Virus record (IMG/VR): IMGVR_UViG_3300022752_000063
Span: 1,939 to 65,938 of that record
DNA length: 64,000 nucleotides
Reading direction: 5' to 3' (one strand)
Origin: a virus
Lineage: Duplodnaviria > Caudoviricetes
Below are positions 45,501-53,227 of this stretch, one piece after another; the stretch's first letter is position 1, and each line of letters starts with the position of its first letter. The translations under genes were made by a program, and so were the position numbers. Below the pieces are notes generated by a model. That model saw only the letters and a program-made list of their open reading frames with translations. It did no database searches and was not told where the DNA came from.

Positions 45501-48495
45501 GCAGTTGGTATTTGATTTCTTCAACACAACCCAGAGCGAGAAGCCCTCGTCGCAAGAACCAGTTGAGACAGCCAAGGATAATCTTCCTCCGCTGGTTCGC
45601 TTGGCCAAGTATGCCTCGGACGTAATCACCGAGAGGGTTATCCGTTCTCTTGGTGTAACCAAGGAGAACATGCCAAAAGGGTCTTTCGAGAAGCTGGAGA
45701 ACCAAGTTCGCAAGATGGTGAACGCTCAGTTCAAACAAGAACTTGATCCCAAGAAGGCGGCAACGGAAGATACTCGGCCGGCGGAACAACGACTACTCGA
45801 CATGGTGCAGAGGATCAAGCTGGCGGAACAAGTATTCAACGAGGTGCAGACCAACCTCCAGGGCCAGCTCAATGAGGACAACCGAATCATTGACGCGGGT
45901 GCCGAAGGACGTCTTTCGCCCGAGCAACGTAAAAACCTGGAAGAACTGATAGCCAAGAAGTTTGATGCTGGCAAAGTAGCTGGCGTAGACGGCTTGCTTA
46001 AGAAGATAATTGATTTCAAAGCCGAAGCCCGCAAACACATGACCAAGCGTGGGGCAAGTCTGCAATCAATCTTGGCCTTAATCAAAGAGAAGTTGCCGGA
46101 GTTGTCCGAGCAACAGGCAAGCGATCTGGCTACTCAGATGGCGAAACGGTACGAAGAGATTGTTAAGAAGGACGGGCAACGCCAACTGGAGAATATCGTA
46201 AAGCGTGTTGGCGAGAGGGCTTCCAGAGACCCCAAGACCACAATGCAACAGCTCATGGAGTTGGTTAACCTTGGGGCTTTCGATGAAGAGAAATTTTATA
46301 ATGCCATCGCGGATCGCTTCAACCTGCCAACTTGGGACCCAGCGGTCGTCGAAAAGATCAAGGGTATTGCGGATCAAATGGAGAGAATGCCGGAAGGTTC
46401 CGATCAGAGAGCCACTAAAGGGGCGGAACTTCAAGCCTTCATTGCAGAAGAATTGCACAAGCAAGAGAAGGGTTGGGATGCGGTTGGGCGAAAGCTGGAT
46501 GTGGCAGCCGCTATTTGGAAAGCCGGTGTATTGTCCGGACCACCGACACAGTTGGTTAACTTGGGAGCCACTCATCTAAATGTGTTGTTTGAATTGTTGA
46601 CTGAAGCCCGAGCCTACTATAAGGCATCCAAAGCATTGGGTAAGAAGGCCACCTTCGGAGAGTTTTTCAACGATGCGCTCAACGCATACGTCCAAGCAGT
46701 CGGGAAGATGGGCGTCGAGCAAGCTAGCGACGCTTTCGCCACAGGGTTGTCCAGGTTTAGGAACGAAACCCAATCACAACTTTCACCGCTGGAGATGATG
46801 AAATTTGATACGACCAAGCCTTGGAATTATAAGAATTACCTTGCTTCTTGGAAGATCGTCGGTCGTGCCATGGCTGCGGCAGATACTTACAATTCCGTTA
46901 TTGCAAACGAAGCTAAGACCAGAATGGCCGCTAGGTATTCGATGATGAAGGATGGTCTGACTTCCCAACAGGCGACCAAGAAGATGGACGAATTGTTCAA
47001 TGCCTTCAGCCCTGGAATGAAAGCCATTGAAGAACAGGTCAATAAGGAAGAAGCGTCGGGACAGTTCGGAACATTGGCGGGTCTTAAACCTAACACCATG
47101 GAATACAATAGCCAGAAAAGAAAGATTGAAGCTGGAAGACGGCGTCGGTATTTGCAGTTGAGGGAACAATTCATCGCCAATGAAAGCAAGATTGGAAGCG
47201 AAGGTATAGCTAAGATCCGTAACTTCACGCAGAAAGCAACGTTCAACAATCAACCCACTGGTATGATTGGATACTTGGGTGAAGCCGTGATCGGACAGGT
47301 TGCTGGGAAAACCAAGCTTCTTACCCCGTTTGCCGCGTTCCCTCGGACGATTGCCAACATTATCAACTCCAGTTTGGACTACACCCCGTATGGTTGGGCG
47401 CGGGCAAACGGATTCTCATTGGGGAATCTCAGCCCATTCATCCGCAACTCTAGCTACGCTTTCGAAAAGCCGGAGAAGGGAAGCGTTGAGTACCACCAGC
47501 TACAAGCCAAAGCTTTCTTCGGCTCGCTCATCACCTTCTCGATTATTGGAATGGCTATGAAGGATATGGATAAGGATTGGGACGAAGCTTATTTTGCTGT
47601 GACTGGACGCGGACCTACAGACCCTAACAAACGTGAGCAACTTCGCCAATCAGGATGGACTGAGAACACGGTTAAGATCGGACCTCTGCGGTTTAAACAC
47701 ACCGACTTCCCCGGGTTGAACTTGGTATTCGGATCTCTCGCCTTGGTATCCGACCAATGGAGATACGGTAAACTATCTGAGAAAGACTTTGGGACTGTAG
47801 CTGCAACTGCTGCCCTCTCGGTAGGAAATACAATCCTAGATAAAAATTTGTTGTCTGGGGCCAAGGTATTGTTCGACGCGGTATCTGATGGCGGAGACCC
47901 TGGTGATAAAGCCAAGAGACTTCTTCAGAGCTATACCGGAGGGTATCTCAATCCGGGGATGGCGAGATGGTTGACCAAGACTTTGAACATTGGGCCGGAC
48001 GGAAAGGTCAAAGTGGTGGACTATAAGGAACTCAACTCGACCACGGGTGGTTGGTTGGTCGGTCAGACACCTTTGGCCGTGGTATTTGGCAAGCCTATGT
48101 TGAATCGCTTGGGCGAGGAGATCAGGGATTATCCTTGGACCGCCACGTCCAAACGTCTCGGGTTCCTGCCCGAAGTTAAAGAACACCCCGTGTTTACCCC
48201 GCTTATCAAAGCTGGGTTGTTTGTCCCTGGGGTTAGCATTAATTCAAAGATTAAAGATTTTAAAGGTGGAAAGATGGAACAGAGGAAGATGACTCGCGAG
48301 GAGTACTACGATTATTCCAAGTACGATGGCGAGTATCTCAAGCGAATCCTCACGCCATCCATGGCTAAAGCGTTGGCGACGCAAGCAATCCGAGACCAAG
48401 CGGGGGCCCAAAAAAGACTGGAAAACTTGGCCCAACAGTCCAAGAACTACGCTATTACTCGGATCGAAGCGCAGATCCGGTCAGCGAAAAAATAA
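39568..48495 (+). CDS. Giant internal virion (polyvalent) protein, 2975 aa, with zincin-like and sigma70-like domains
   Basis: Uninterrupted ORF at the last ejection-protein position; EEVLH...LAEEYL zincin-like segment; AVETFNEESGTKFSTY sigma region 2-like motif; region 4-like HTH; three LASSIDPN repeats. Confidence 0.85.
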   Translation: MAEIPEDILQNPFGTQDQGTVDLQQADLFKQAAEYTPEPVVEEAPQEQGFKTWNDYKADPDFEKLDQGQKQQLFDQWKQYSLQHLTEIGALNTEDDAKTADEFFSSIADQEKLKKFRTQAPTYAEQLIEQGQSGLNSLQSGVVGYGAAIGAADPAKAAELIATNNLKTQSRYVSPEMREYGSKNQGFFEAAKDIVTNPIDIMLPMFAQSIGSNLPAMGASLAAGGAATAIGTPAAGVAVGLGTSAVLGGVTDTLVSFDQLVNDEVQKRGLDPLDPKAIQSVLEDSDFQKQAVAYTTARGVVITGTELGALGLGKLIAAPAETIAKAGVGGLAKEFAKQAPVQVVMEGVGETGAQVAGKVATGEKINVDAKQVAEEIFAGLPMAGLEGVGVAYHSLLVNDSPMTADEVLRQKVDDYKAGKYSKILGQEATNDNIEKFYNGLTIGEKAKILGIEGENAVLTGEQNLFNTLTPEEKTRATEAFKAGQLELLNQQAQTPISKAEVATAPGAVPPVLEPPVLKTQAPESPAPAPTPAPAPAVAETPAPQTQAPAPVAEAPAPTLAPETPISTPAEPLPVTPEAKATLAKTAPATAQVVKAEEAKAPVIPTPPPITPATQPFVRAKPIRTLQDDIEYYQQRLDDLSLLDKAVTVGDRVFVPVGGKRKIGLGETYESQNDAQNALSKIQGKPGFENAQIKPLRNNLFEVIWGDQSILDSWNKMSEEQSKLSREKKNKLLPDRWRFLGDALGYKQSKIDEFVAQGLPPQPTKKTQIKSTTAVKKLPPTKKQAQALAKLGYLPADIEGLDRTQAKDILANQIEKQKTQGLEAQAPAPGQPGVAQAQPAVREAGQPVAPTEGEPTTQVPVQERLDKAKAELEALVKKIGAELGELELDAESVSRYFGGTLSPQNELQLRALLNILNHALANAQQTLKVAEGRGRTDLKKTFTNLKKVKLRREGYGGGVYANPRDVFNLDTLYVDPDQLLRSFASRGVSDPASFFVKALSEEVLHANHGLAMYQAFLKTNPAEKTQEAFQAFYDAQNKEIENSLSLDQIKEIVGKYAQALGVTFEGKTKEQVIAEFNKGRPGRLAEEYLRGLIQQRLTGSITEDTLKAFATRPILRSLGTLRNYFSKLIGLGTKRESRKTYVDKYYDAIVSLLTNSSPAEIRAASGEKGTAIPGSELASSIDPNAILQAQETSANKKALYDEVAKELGPRDPATGEGGLWRRSVIGALKKAFRTTDPDEVESLVYASIPEAVETFNEESGTKFSTYLFQIARQKILEEKEKMARRQAVEVSLQAPGFVPTSSEEVQAEKEAEAIQSTKEDLTLGQLEDRVSPEVAPKNLEEELKTVEQKIDTGIEKETAQEMGTLPTNIADEEQEIEEVNLADGEQISSVDAEIANKRTARMEAELGEAGKLLANAARKLGLTKMEVDILNFTADPKSSPLTRAQLSDKYGLNNIDFDEIRDDVIRKMREQLVAGGVTKTADVLASSIDPNAISIPQDDVFVKKYQTLAKQLDEKGMSILAPETNGFNRVFKQEKATDAIKILERGGLNVERALNRIVDNYFDENGNKQFASIDEARPKENELFGDWLKRLDIQDYESTFEPRVYDDEFNLIGKKPNLFGSLGLKYDVNSPRVIEIIPPVATKTNIPLASSIDPNYTQSLNRALRTMPEDVVKALSERTYIPFEDEDLVAKANKFVDDNSPGGDVMHAKRILDGVQNMPFQDRVVTLGVIGKRLRNALFAHVARMEAKGTTPEGQALRQYLSNNLTEVLSRAQDLGTRAGQDLRSLRTLASMFLPYEVAKLYTGPISEQQKSALAHKEEVTNLLAEIEKLKATIAGLAIDEAVGKVLPPLKPGGVSYAPPADSNFFKLLSAFGDLAPLENETFEAYLQRIGIPYDELMLALEDSRAAAVGPEGVAPVDFKKLSASEAIEKLLAKDKNLFSKLVALRLKTNRGSETAVVQENFTKRKADAPALKQRNQALQLVFDFFNTTQSEKPSSQEPVETAKDNLPPLVRLAKYASDVITERVIRSLGVTKENMPKGSFEKLENQVRKMVNAQFKQELDPKKAATEDTRPAEQRLLDMVQRIKLAEQVFNEVQTNLQGQLNEDNRIIDAGAEGRLSPEQRKNLEELIAKKFDAGKVAGVDGLLKKIIDFKAEARKHMTKRGASLQSILALIKEKLPELSEQQASDLATQMAKRYEEIVKKDGQRQLENIVKRVGERASRDPKTTMQQLMELVNLGAFDEEKFYNAIADRFNLPTWDPAVVEKIKGIADQMERMPEGSDQRATKGAELQAFIAEELHKQEKGWDAVGRKLDVAAAIWKAGVLSGPPTQLVNLGATHLNVLFELLTEARAYYKASKALGKKATFGEFFNDALNAYVQAVGKMGVEQASDAFATGLSRFRNETQSQLSPLEMMKFDTTKPWNYKNYLASWKIVGRAMAAADTYNSVIANEAKTRMAARYSMMKDGLTSQQATKKMDELFNAFSPGMKAIEEQVNKEEASGQFGTLAGLKPNTMEYNSQKRKIEAGRRRRYLQLREQFIANESKIGSEGIAKIRNFTQKATFNNQPTGMIGYLGEAVIGQVAGKTKLLTPFAAFPRTIANIINSSLDYTPYGWARANGFSLGNLSPFIRNSSYAFEKPEKGSVEYHQLQAKAFFGSLITFSIIGMAMKDMDKDWDEAYFAVTGRGPTDPNKREQLRQSGWTENTVKIGPLRFKHTDFPGLNLVFGSLALVSDQWRYGKLSEKDFGTVAATAALSVGNTILDKNLLSGAKVLFDAVSDGGDPGDKAKRLLQSYTGGYLNPGMARWLTKTLNIGPDGKVKVVDYKELNSTTGGWLVGQTPLAVVFGKPMLNRLGEEIRDYPWTATSKRLGFLPEVKEHPVFTPLIKAGLFVPGVSINSKIKDFKGGKMEQRKMTREEYYDYSKYDGEYLKRILTPSMAKALATQAIRDQAGAQKRLENLAQQSKNYAITRIEAQIRSAKK

Positions 48496-48702
48496 AGACC
48501 AGATGGTGTGTGGGATGACCGTAAAGACAACCGCCGTACCGAAGTAGTACACAGTAGGAAAACCAATGAAGACAAGAAGGGCAACCCAGAAAGTAGGATC
48601 GGAAACCTCTTCTTTAACGGCTGATGGTAGGCTGGTGAATGCTTCCCGCAAGGCGTCTCCGGGCATGGCTACGTTGGGGTTCTCTTTTAGTTTCTTTCTC
48701 AT
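48481..48702 (-). CDS. Small membrane protein on the opposite strand
   Basis: AAAGG RBS before MRKKLK; hydrophobic C-terminal half. Confidence 0.55.
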   Translation of the reverse strand: MRKKLKENPNVAMPGDALREAFTSLPSAVKEEVSDPTFWVALLVFIGFPTVYYFGTAVVFTVIPHTIWSLFFR

Positions 48703-48772
48703 GGTTAATATACCTTTCTTGTTAGGGGTTTGGGGCTGGACTGTCCAGCCCTTTTGTAGGAGATAAGAGAGT

Positions 48773-48919
48773 ATGCCTTTAGGTAGGAAAAACAAATCAA
48801 AAGACGCTTGCTATAGCAAGGTCAAGGCTCGGTATAAAGTCTGGCCTTCGGCTTATGCCAGCGGAGCTTTGGTTCAATGCCGTAAGGTCGGGGCTAAAAA
48901 TTGGGGTAAGTCCAAATGA
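48773..48919 (+). CDS. Small basic protein, 48 aa (not in ORF track)
   Basis: Hand translation MPLGRKNKSKDACYSKVKARYKVWPSAYASGALVQCRKVGAKNWGKSK. Confidence 0.8.
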   Translation: MPLGRKNKSKDACYSKVKARYKVWPSAYASGALVQCRKVGAKNWGKSK

Positions 48920-49068
48920 AATGGTGGTGGGTTATTCTGATACCAGCAATTTCTTTGGGCATGTCTGGGTGCTGGGACTTTGAGGAAGACGGATGGTCGA
49001 ATTGGAATTCAACCGAACCAACCCTTCAGAGTGCTGAAGATGCAATGGGGAACGGCAATGGGCTTTGA
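48916..49068 (+). CDS. Small lipoprotein candidate, 50 aa (not in ORF track)
   Basis: MKWWWVILIPAISLGMSG/C lipobox-like start; ATGA overlap with the upstream gene. Confidence 0.55.
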   Translation: MKWWWVILIPAISLGMSGCWDFEEDGWSNWNSTEPTLQSAEDAMGNGNGL

Positions 49069-49282
49069 ACTGGAGAAAAAGTATGGGTTGCACGGGTGGT
49101 TCAAGAGGAACAACGGAAAGGGCTGGGTCAATTGCAAGACTGGGGGGCCGTGTGGTCGTTCAGACTCTAGCAAGGGAAGTTACCCAGCTTGTCGTCCAAC
49201 CATGTCCATGTGTACATCGGCCTCCAAGAAAAAGAAAGGGCCGGAGAGAATCAGTTGGAAAGGTTTAGGAAGGAGCAAATAA
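49058..49282 (+). CDS. Small basic Cys-containing protein
   Basis: GL..WF......WV..KTG.PCGR......YPACRP motif. Confidence 0.75.
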   Translation: MGFELEKKYGLHGWFKRNNGKGWVNCKTGGPCGRSDSSKGSYPACRPTMSMCTSASKKKKGPERISWKGLGRSK

Positions 49283-49283
49283 T

Positions 49284-50306
49284 ATGGCAGATTCATTTGT
49301 TGACGCGGTAAACAAGAAGGCTTCCGGTGGGAATGCCATTGTGCCAGAGGCTTTGGATTTGGTGAAGACTTTTGAGTCTTTCAAGCCAACGTCCTACTAT
49401 GATATTGATAATAAGAAGAAACGTGGAACGCTCACCGTGGGTTATGGATTTACGAAGCATGATATCCCAGAGATCCGGGAAGGGTATTCAATTGACAAGG
49501 CGACGGCCGAAAAAATGTTGCCAGACCTGATCAAGAACAAATACGCCACGGCAGTCAAAGAAAAGGTAAAGGTTCCGCTGAACGACCAACAATATAGCGC
49601 ATTGTCCAGCTTTGCTTACAACGTGGGGCCAACCAATTTCTCTTCGAGCACCTTGTTGAAGAAGCTAAACTCCGGCGATTACGAGGGGGCGGCAAATGAA
49701 TTTAAAAGGTGGAACAAAGCGGATGGGCAAACTCTAGAAGGACTTACCCGAAGACGGGCGGCAGAGGAAGCTTTGTTTAAAGGGGATGTGATGGGTCTTG
49801 GGTCTATCCTAGAGAAACAAAAGTTTGGTGGTGTCCAACCAAAGAAGAAAGGCGGAATGGCTGACGTTGGAGATTCTTTTATAAACTCCATGAGTCAATC
49901 CGATTTGGCTAAGGCAGTAAGTGCTCCAATCGGAGCTGGGGGAAGCCCAGATAATCCGCCAGTTCCAATAACGTCTGAGGCATTAACCCCCCTACCAGAT
50001 TCTCCGGAAGAAACCGGAGCTAAAGCTGCTGAACAAGTTGCCAAGAATATGGAAACTCCTGAAGAGGCGGGAAAAACAGCGGCAGAAAAGATTGCCAAAA
50101 ATGTTGAAGATAAAAAAGACCAACCAGATATGAGTTTGGCAAAAGCTTTTGAAGATTTGGCTAAAGGTTTTACACAGGAAGGATCACAAGAAAAAACTCA
50201 GGCTAAAGAGGAGAAACCTATTATGAAAAACGTAACGTTTAACACTCCGGTAACAGGTGTTATTCAATCGGGTCTTCGCCGACGTTCCGGATTGGGGGCT
50301 AGGTAA
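49284..50306 (+). CDS. GH24 (T4-type) lysozyme with long disordered C-terminal extension
   Basis: FE......Y.D......T.GYG.T catalytic triad; AL.SFAYNVG; RWNKA.G..L.GL.RRR..E. Confidence 0.9.
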   Translation: MADSFVDAVNKKASGGNAIVPEALDLVKTFESFKPTSYYDIDNKKKRGTLTVGYGFTKHDIPEIREGYSIDKATAEKMLPDLIKNKYATAVKEKVKVPLNDQQYSALSSFAYNVGPTNFSSSTLLKKLNSGDYEGAANEFKRWNKADGQTLEGLTRRRAAEEALFKGDVMGLGSILEKQKFGGVQPKKKGGMADVGDSFINSMSQSDLAKAVSAPIGAGGSPDNPPVPITSEALTPLPDSPEETGAKAAEQVAKNMETPEEAGKTAAEKIAKNVEDKKDQPDMSLAKAFEDLAKGFTQEGSQEKTQAKEEKPIMKNVTFNTPVTGVIQSGLRRRSGLGAR

Positions 50307-50307
50307 T

Positions 50308-50610
50308 ATGCCACTCGGACACGCATCAAAGAATGATATGCCCTGCAACCGGCCACGGGCATCATGGATTGCGGGCAAGAAGAAGGTGGTCAAGGCTTGT
50401 GAGAATGGCAAAGAAAAGATTGTTCACTTCGGAGCCAAAGGTTACGGCCATAACTATTCGGCCGCTGCACGTAAGTCGTTCAGGGCCAGACATCATTGTG
50501 CCAATCCTGGAAGCAAACTGGGGGCGAGATATTGGGCATGCAAGAATCTTTGGGCTGGTCCTGGTGGGTCAAAGCAATCAAGTCCTTCCAATAGGAAAGG
50601 TAAATACTAG
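50308..50610 (+). CDS. Small basic protein
   Basis: MPLGH...; KKK.V.......K.VHFG..G......RKSFRARH.C.......ARYWAC..W motif. Confidence 0.8.
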   Translation: MPLGHASKNDMPCNRPRASWIAGKKKVVKACENGKEKIVHFGAKGYGHNYSAAARKSFRARHHCANPGSKLGARYWACKNLWAGPGGSKQSSPSNRKGKY

Positions 50611-50647
50611 GTTGCAAATCTAAAGGTAACATAGTAGATAAACATTT

Positions 50648-50821
50648 ATGTACATGGGGTTTAAAAAACTTACGTCTGCCCTTGCCAAGAAAGGCGCTGA
50701 AAACCCCAAAGCTTTGGCTGCTTGGATTGGCCGTAAGAAGTATGGCAAAGATGTGTTTGCCAAAGCCAGCGTCCGTGGGCTTAAGGGTTTGGGTGGTGGG
50801 TTGAAGAACAGGGGAATGTAA
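50648..50821 (+). CDS. Small basic protein, 57 aa (not in ORF track)
   Basis: Hand translation MYMGFKKLTSALAKKGAENPKALAAWIGRKKYGK...; stop overlaps the next ATG. Confidence 0.75.
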   Translation: MYMGFKKLTSALAKKGAENPKALAAWIGRKKYGKDVFAKASVRGLKGLGGGLKNRGM

Positions 50822-51258
50822 TGGCCGACGGAATGATCACAGCCACCGAAAAGTATTATACTTCGGAGAAGCAAACGCCGGCCAATGGCGGTGAGTTAAT
50901 TTTGACAACTTTGATTGGCGCTGCTGATCAGTACAAAGTTCTGCATTGGCAGACCAAATCATTCAGCCAACATAAATCGTTTGACGAGATTGTGGATTCT
51001 TTGCGGGAGAATACCGACGAGTTGATTGAAGCTTACCAAGGAAGGTACGGCAGAATTATCTCGTCGTCTTCGTTCAAGTTAAACTTGCAGAACTACTCGA
51101 CTGTGGAAGCCGCTCTTGCTTATACAGATAAGTTGATTGCGTTCTTGGTTGAAACATTCCCAACTTTGATTAGTCCCAAATGCACCGATCTTTTAAATAT
51201 TAGAGATGAAATTCTTGGTAATCTCTACCAACTTAAATATCTTCTCAGCTTGACCTAA
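50821..51258 (+). CDS. Ferritin/Dps-like protein (DUF5856-like)
   Basis: HWQT.S...H..FD..........D..IE..QG...LLNIRDEI......YLL.L pattern. Confidence 0.8.
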   Translation: MADGMITATEKYYTSEKQTPANGGELILTTLIGAADQYKVLHWQTKSFSQHKSFDEIVDSLRENTDELIEAYQGRYGRIISSSSFKLNLQNYSTVEAALAYTDKLIAFLVETFPTLISPKCTDLLNIRDEILGNLYQLKYLLSLT

Positions 51259-51270
51259 GAAAGTAATCAC

Positions 51271-51426
51271 ATGCCATTAGGACGAAACGTTTCTAAAAAC
51301 ATCAGGGAATTGTACGCTGATAATAAGAAGAGTGGCAAGGCTAGGGGAGCCATGGGCAAGCCTCGTTCCCGTGCCCAGATCATTGCCATTGCTTTGTCAG
51401 CAGCCGGCAAGTCAAAAAAGAAATGA
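51271..51426 (+). CDS. Small basic protein, 51 aa (not in ORF track)
   Basis: Hand translation MPLGRNVSKNIRELYADNKKSGKARGAMGKPRSRAQIIAIALSAAGKSKKK. Confidence 0.8.
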   Translation: MPLGRNVSKNIRELYADNKKSGKARGAMGKPRSRAQIIAIALSAAGKSKKK

Positions 51427-51791
51427 GCCAGCAGTATCTTCGGGATACTTCGATTCATCCCCAGTCTGGTTTCATCTACCAGGATGAAGACACTAAACAG
51501 ATCATTAACGCTGGTAGTTTTACGGATTTGATTGCTGCCGTTGTCTCGCACCGTAGGCACAACGGATTGCCGGTGGACGCCAAGATTGTTGACGCCATCC
51601 ACGCTTACCTGTGTAAAGTAAATCACAACGGACCGTGTGCCGAAGGAACCCGTGGGCTTGGCGATCTGGTTCATACGATTGCCCAGCCGATTGCTTGGGC
51701 TATTGATAAAGCTCTCGGAACGAATGTGCAGGGATGTTGGTCATGTTCGGGTCGCCGTCAGGCTTTGAACGAAGCCGTTCCTTTTAAATAA
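51423..51791 (+). CDS. Hypothetical protein with GLGD and CxxC motifs
   Basis: RGLGD.V...A.PIA..ID...GT....C..C..RR..LN. Confidence 0.75.
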   Translation: MSQQYLRDTSIHPQSGFIYQDEDTKQIINAGSFTDLIAAVVSHRRHNGLPVDAKIVDAIHAYLCKVNHNGPCAEGTRGLGDLVHTIAQPIAWAIDKALGTNVQGCWSCSGRRQALNEAVPFK

Positions 51792-51831
51792 ATAATTTGA
51801 TAGTTGGCATCTAGCCAACTACGTTTTCTCT

Positions 51832-52119
51832 ATGGATATAAAAGGCGTGAAGAAGCCTGTGAAATACTCCACATGGTTTAAGCTGGAGGCAACCAAGCTT
51901 TCAAAACTTAGAAAAGATTTGGAAGCACTGAAGCTTGAGCACCGTGCCATTATCCAAGAGATTGAAGATGGTGAAGAATACGCCGAGGATCTAGAAGCCA
52001 GCATCATAGAACTGGATAAGATAGTCACGGCAACGCGGCGGGAACTGGCCCGCAGGTACGCAACCTACGATGCCAACTTCCGCCACGATGCCATGCTAGA
52101 TCCTAGCCTCTTGGACTAG
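51832..52119 (+). CDS. Coiled-coil hypothetical protein
   Basis: 95-aa ORF with its own promoter-like element. Confidence 0.65.
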   Translation: MDIKGVKKPVKYSTWFKLEATKLSKLRKDLEALKLEHRAIIQEIEDGEEYAEDLEASIIELDKIVTATRRELARRYATYDANFRHDAMLDPSLLD

Positions 52120-52309
52120 GATACTTGAATACTTGCTTCTTCCCTGGACGGGAAACTGCTTTCTTCTTTCCCCAGTCGATGGTCTGATAGTTCTTGTAGA
52201 ACCTATCGGACATGTTCCGAGGGGCGTCTCCTTTGCCATTCTGCAACGACTCAAAGGTCACGTCGCCACGACTCTTGAGTTGGTTATAATTAATGTCGCT
52301 CACTTCCAC
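52103..52309 (-). CDS. Hypothetical protein
   Basis: NGKGD.PR......Y..NY..IDW motif; AGGAG RBS. Confidence 0.7.
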   Translation of the reverse strand: MEVSDINYNQLKSRGDVTFESLQNGKGDAPRNMSDRFYKNYQTIDWGKKKAVSRPGKKQVFKYPSPRG

Positions 52310-52758
52310 TCTCCTATTTCGTTACCAATCAGACTACCAATCTTGTCCTCGTATTCGGAAGCCTGAGAGTCGTATATCTTGGGCCCCGAAGTTGAGAACT
52401 GATTGTTGTAACTGTGGGTACAAGTCTCGCAGAGGTAGGTGTAAGGAACTTGAACTGCAATCGTTTCATTGAAGAGCGAATGGGTATCCGTTTCCAACGA
52501 ACTCAGAGTCCCGAGAATCTGACCATCTACCGCTACGACTATCGGACCGTGCGTCACCCATTGAGCGTTCTCCTCGGGAGCAAAGATGGAAGCCGTTGAA
52601 AAGTCCCCAGTCTTTGTCCCCGACGTATTGGATATCGAACTAATGTATGACGCATTGGCATTAAGGACGCCAAGATACCGGTCCTCCGCATAGGTCGAAG
52701 CCCATGCCAAGGAGCCCAGGATCAGTCCCCTAACAAGTCTGCCGGTTGTAGTTGCCAT
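52300..52758 (-). CDS. Secreted hypothetical protein
   Basis: Signal-peptide-like N-terminus; two related YLG.L/ILG.L half-repeats. Confidence 0.65.
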   Translation of the reverse strand: MATTTGRLVRGLILGSLAWASTYAEDRYLGVLNANASYISSISNTSGTKTGDFSTASIFAPEENAQWVTHGPIVVAVDGQILGTLSSLETDTHSLFNETIAVQVPYTYLCETCTHSYNNQFSTSGPKIYDSQASEYEDKIGSLIGNEIGEWK

Positions 52759-53039
52759 ATTTCTTCATCTCCATTTGTATCCTCGAAGTCTTGAAACTCG
52801 GTCAGAGCATTATTCAAAACCTCAAGGGCTTCGTTGAACTTATTATCCGGACGTTCCTCGTCAAGGATAATACCTTCCGGGTCGTTGAGGATGGCGCACC
52901 TGACGCCACTCTCACGCTCCAGTTCCTGCAAAGCCGGGACCAGATGTTTTTCATTATAGGTCTCGGCCTCCTTGATTGCCTGTTGCTTGGCGGAAGTGAT
53001 TGCCACCATGGCAATCTCAATGGCTTCGGAGGTTGTCAT
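52722..53039 (-). CDS. Acidic hypothetical protein
   Basis: GGAGG RBS; overlapping gene chain. Confidence 0.65.
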   Translation of the reverse strand: MTTSEAIEIAMVAITSAKQQAIKEAETYNEKHLVPALQELERESGVRCAILNDPEGIILDEERPDNKFNEALEVLNNALTEFQDFEDTNGDEEIWQLQPADLLGD

Positions 53040-53227
53040 GCCGTAGCCTCCCGCATGATCGCCTCGTGAACCTCGGTCGCCAACGGAGCTTGCATGGCCT
53101 CCATCAACGCGGTAGGCGCATCGTACTCCATGTCGACCACGATGTTGTCCCGCACAGTTCCGGTATATGGAACGATGTACGAGTCATCTGCAAACACATA
53201 TAACAATTCTCCTTTGATTTCTTTCAT
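53036..53227 (-). CDS. Hypothetical protein
   Basis: GGAGG RBS before MKEIKG. Confidence 0.6.
   Translation of the reverse strand: MKEIKGELLYVFADDSYIVPYTGTVRDNIVVDMEYDAPTALMEAMQAPLATEVHEAIMREATA

Noticed and set aside
39568-48495. Giant protein as an N4- or crAss-like virion RNA polymerase
   Set aside because: I see no single-subunit RNAP motif set or DxDGD catalytic loop; rIIA/rIIB alone do not make the phage N4-like.
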